Origin: Clostridia bacterium
Lineage (GTDB): Bacteria > Bacillota > Clostridia > Christensenellales > CAG-138
Reading direction: 5' to 3'
DNA length: 64,000 nt
NCBI GenBank assembly: GCA_035399665.1
Contig: DAOPJM010000003.1
Span: 16,074 to 80,073, forward strand
The position numbers were made by a program, and so were the translations under genes. How positions within the stretch are numbered: position 1 is the first letter of the stretch; every line of letters begins with the position of its first letter. The notes beneath the pieces were generated by a model that searched no databases, was not told the DNA's origin, and saw only the letters and a list, made by a program, of their open reading frames with translations. Below are positions 63,283 to 64,000 of this stretch, one piece after another.

Positions 63283-64000
63283 TCAGCGGTCGTCATCCAG
63301 CGACATGAAGCCGCCGCCCCAATCGGAGGTTATGGTGAGCATCGCCGACTTGTCGGTGATAACATAGAAGTTATTATAATCGCCGTCAAAGTGCGCCACA
63401 ACGCGGTACTGGCCCGGATCCTTACCAAACTGATCCTCTATCTTGACATAGCTGTCCTTGTCGGACTTTCGATAGTAGTAGGTATAGCTCACGGTCACGC
63501 CATCGGGGATGTTCTCCGCGGTAATGGTGAACTGCTCAAGCTGATTCTCTTTCTCCTGCTTGCAGGTCTTGTCGCTCATGGTGGGCTGAGGTGCATAGGT
63601 CGCCTTCTCTATTACGAAATCACCCTTGAGGTTTTCGCCTGTCGCAGCATAGCCCGTCGAGGTTACGGTTATCTCATACTGATAGGTTCCCGCATTCTTT
63701 GGCGTTACGGCCACACCATCCTGAGTATATGTTACCGTGAACTCCACGCTGACGGAAGGGGTTGCGGTTATGCCCTGCTTCTCGCCCGTGTATACGGACT
63801 CAAAATTGCCAACCGTGAAGCTGACCTCTACGCCCGGCACATATGATGTTAAGGTGTAGCCCTCAAGTCCCGCGCTCGCCCATGCGTCGGCGTTGGGTTC
63901 GGGGTAATAGAGTGTCGCGCCCGCCGTTATGCCCGCCTCGGCAAGACCTTCAGGCGGATCTGCGAGGAAGTATACCTCAGTGACGGAGCTGCCTTTGAAC
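63283..64000 (-). CDS. surface protein with MBG-type Ig-like repeats, C-terminal part (gene runs off the window end)
   Basis: The frame stays open to nt 64000, so the track's GTG at 63840 is internal. The repeat pattern YTGEKQGITATP...VTPKNAGTYQYEITV...GDFVIEKAT is typical of MBG domains. Confidence 0.7.
   Translation of the reverse strand, partial: FKGSSVTEVYFLADPPEGLAEAGITAGATLYYPEPNADAWASAGLEGYTLTSYVPGVEVSFTVGNFESVYTGEKQGITATPSVSVEFTVTYTQDGVAVTPKNAGTYQYEITVTSTGYAATGENLKGDFVIEKATYAPQPTMSDKTCKQEKENQLEQFTITAENIPDGVTVSYTYYYRKSDKDSYVKIEDQFGKDPGQYRVVAHFDGDYNNFYVITDKSAMLTITSDWGGGFMSLDDDR

Overview
The window reads as chromosomal DNA from a spore-forming Clostridia-type Firmicute, probably Oscillospiraceae/Ruminococcaceae-like. 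Supporting signs are GGAGG ribosome-binding sites, a gerA-type operon, a dockerin-bearing protein and lipoprotein substrate-binding proteins (SBPs). GC looks mid-50s % by eye; I did not compute it. I support about 60 CDS, 3 tRNAs and many sigmaA-type promoters and intrinsic terminators. I saw no rRNA, CRISPR array, transposase, integrase or phage genes.

Gene content, left to right:
- glnA (5' part), thiI and a cysteine desulfurase.
- A zinc-ribbon membrane protein with tandem repeats.
- A three-gene MacB/FtsX-type ABC module carrying a CARDB-like surface protein.
- Two VanW paralogs (9631-10890 and 29372-30946).
- A tRNA-interleaved accessory patch: ADP-ribosylglycohydrolase, tRNA-fMet, GNAT, tRNA-Gln, a 186-nt structured spacer, tRNA-Val, then RadC and an orphan beta-class DNA methyltransferase.
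- nagB-glmM and a hexapeptide-repeat transferase.
- A BMP-family nucleoside ABC importer.
- A DUF5685-like / J-domain / membrane protein trio.
- PBP1A and a GntR regulator.
- gerABC plus an unannotated small two-TM ORF, then ComEC.
- A roughly 21-kb set of peptide-uptake and peptidase genes: oppABCDF fused in one operon with C40, transglutaminase-like, M19 and C39-like proteins, followed by M55, S58 and U32 peptidases, a DAP-decarboxylase-like gene, an Ala-Glu epimerase, an XdhC-like gene and two transporters. It looks like an expanded dpp-ykf-type salvage locus for peptidoglycan or D-amino-acid peptides.
- A Gly/Arg/Ser-rich TPM-like membrane protein with PspA.
- rpsU and tdk.
- A dockerin-tethered, catalytically degenerate 5'-nucleotidase-like protein next to an MBG-repeat surface protein.

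The candidates I rate most worth follow-up are the Opp-linked multi-peptidase operon, the tRNA-embedded structured RNA, the Cys-rich DUF5685/J-domain module, the RadC-methyltransferase islet and the Gly-rich/PspA pair. All functional calls rest on motif recognition by eye. No database search was run.
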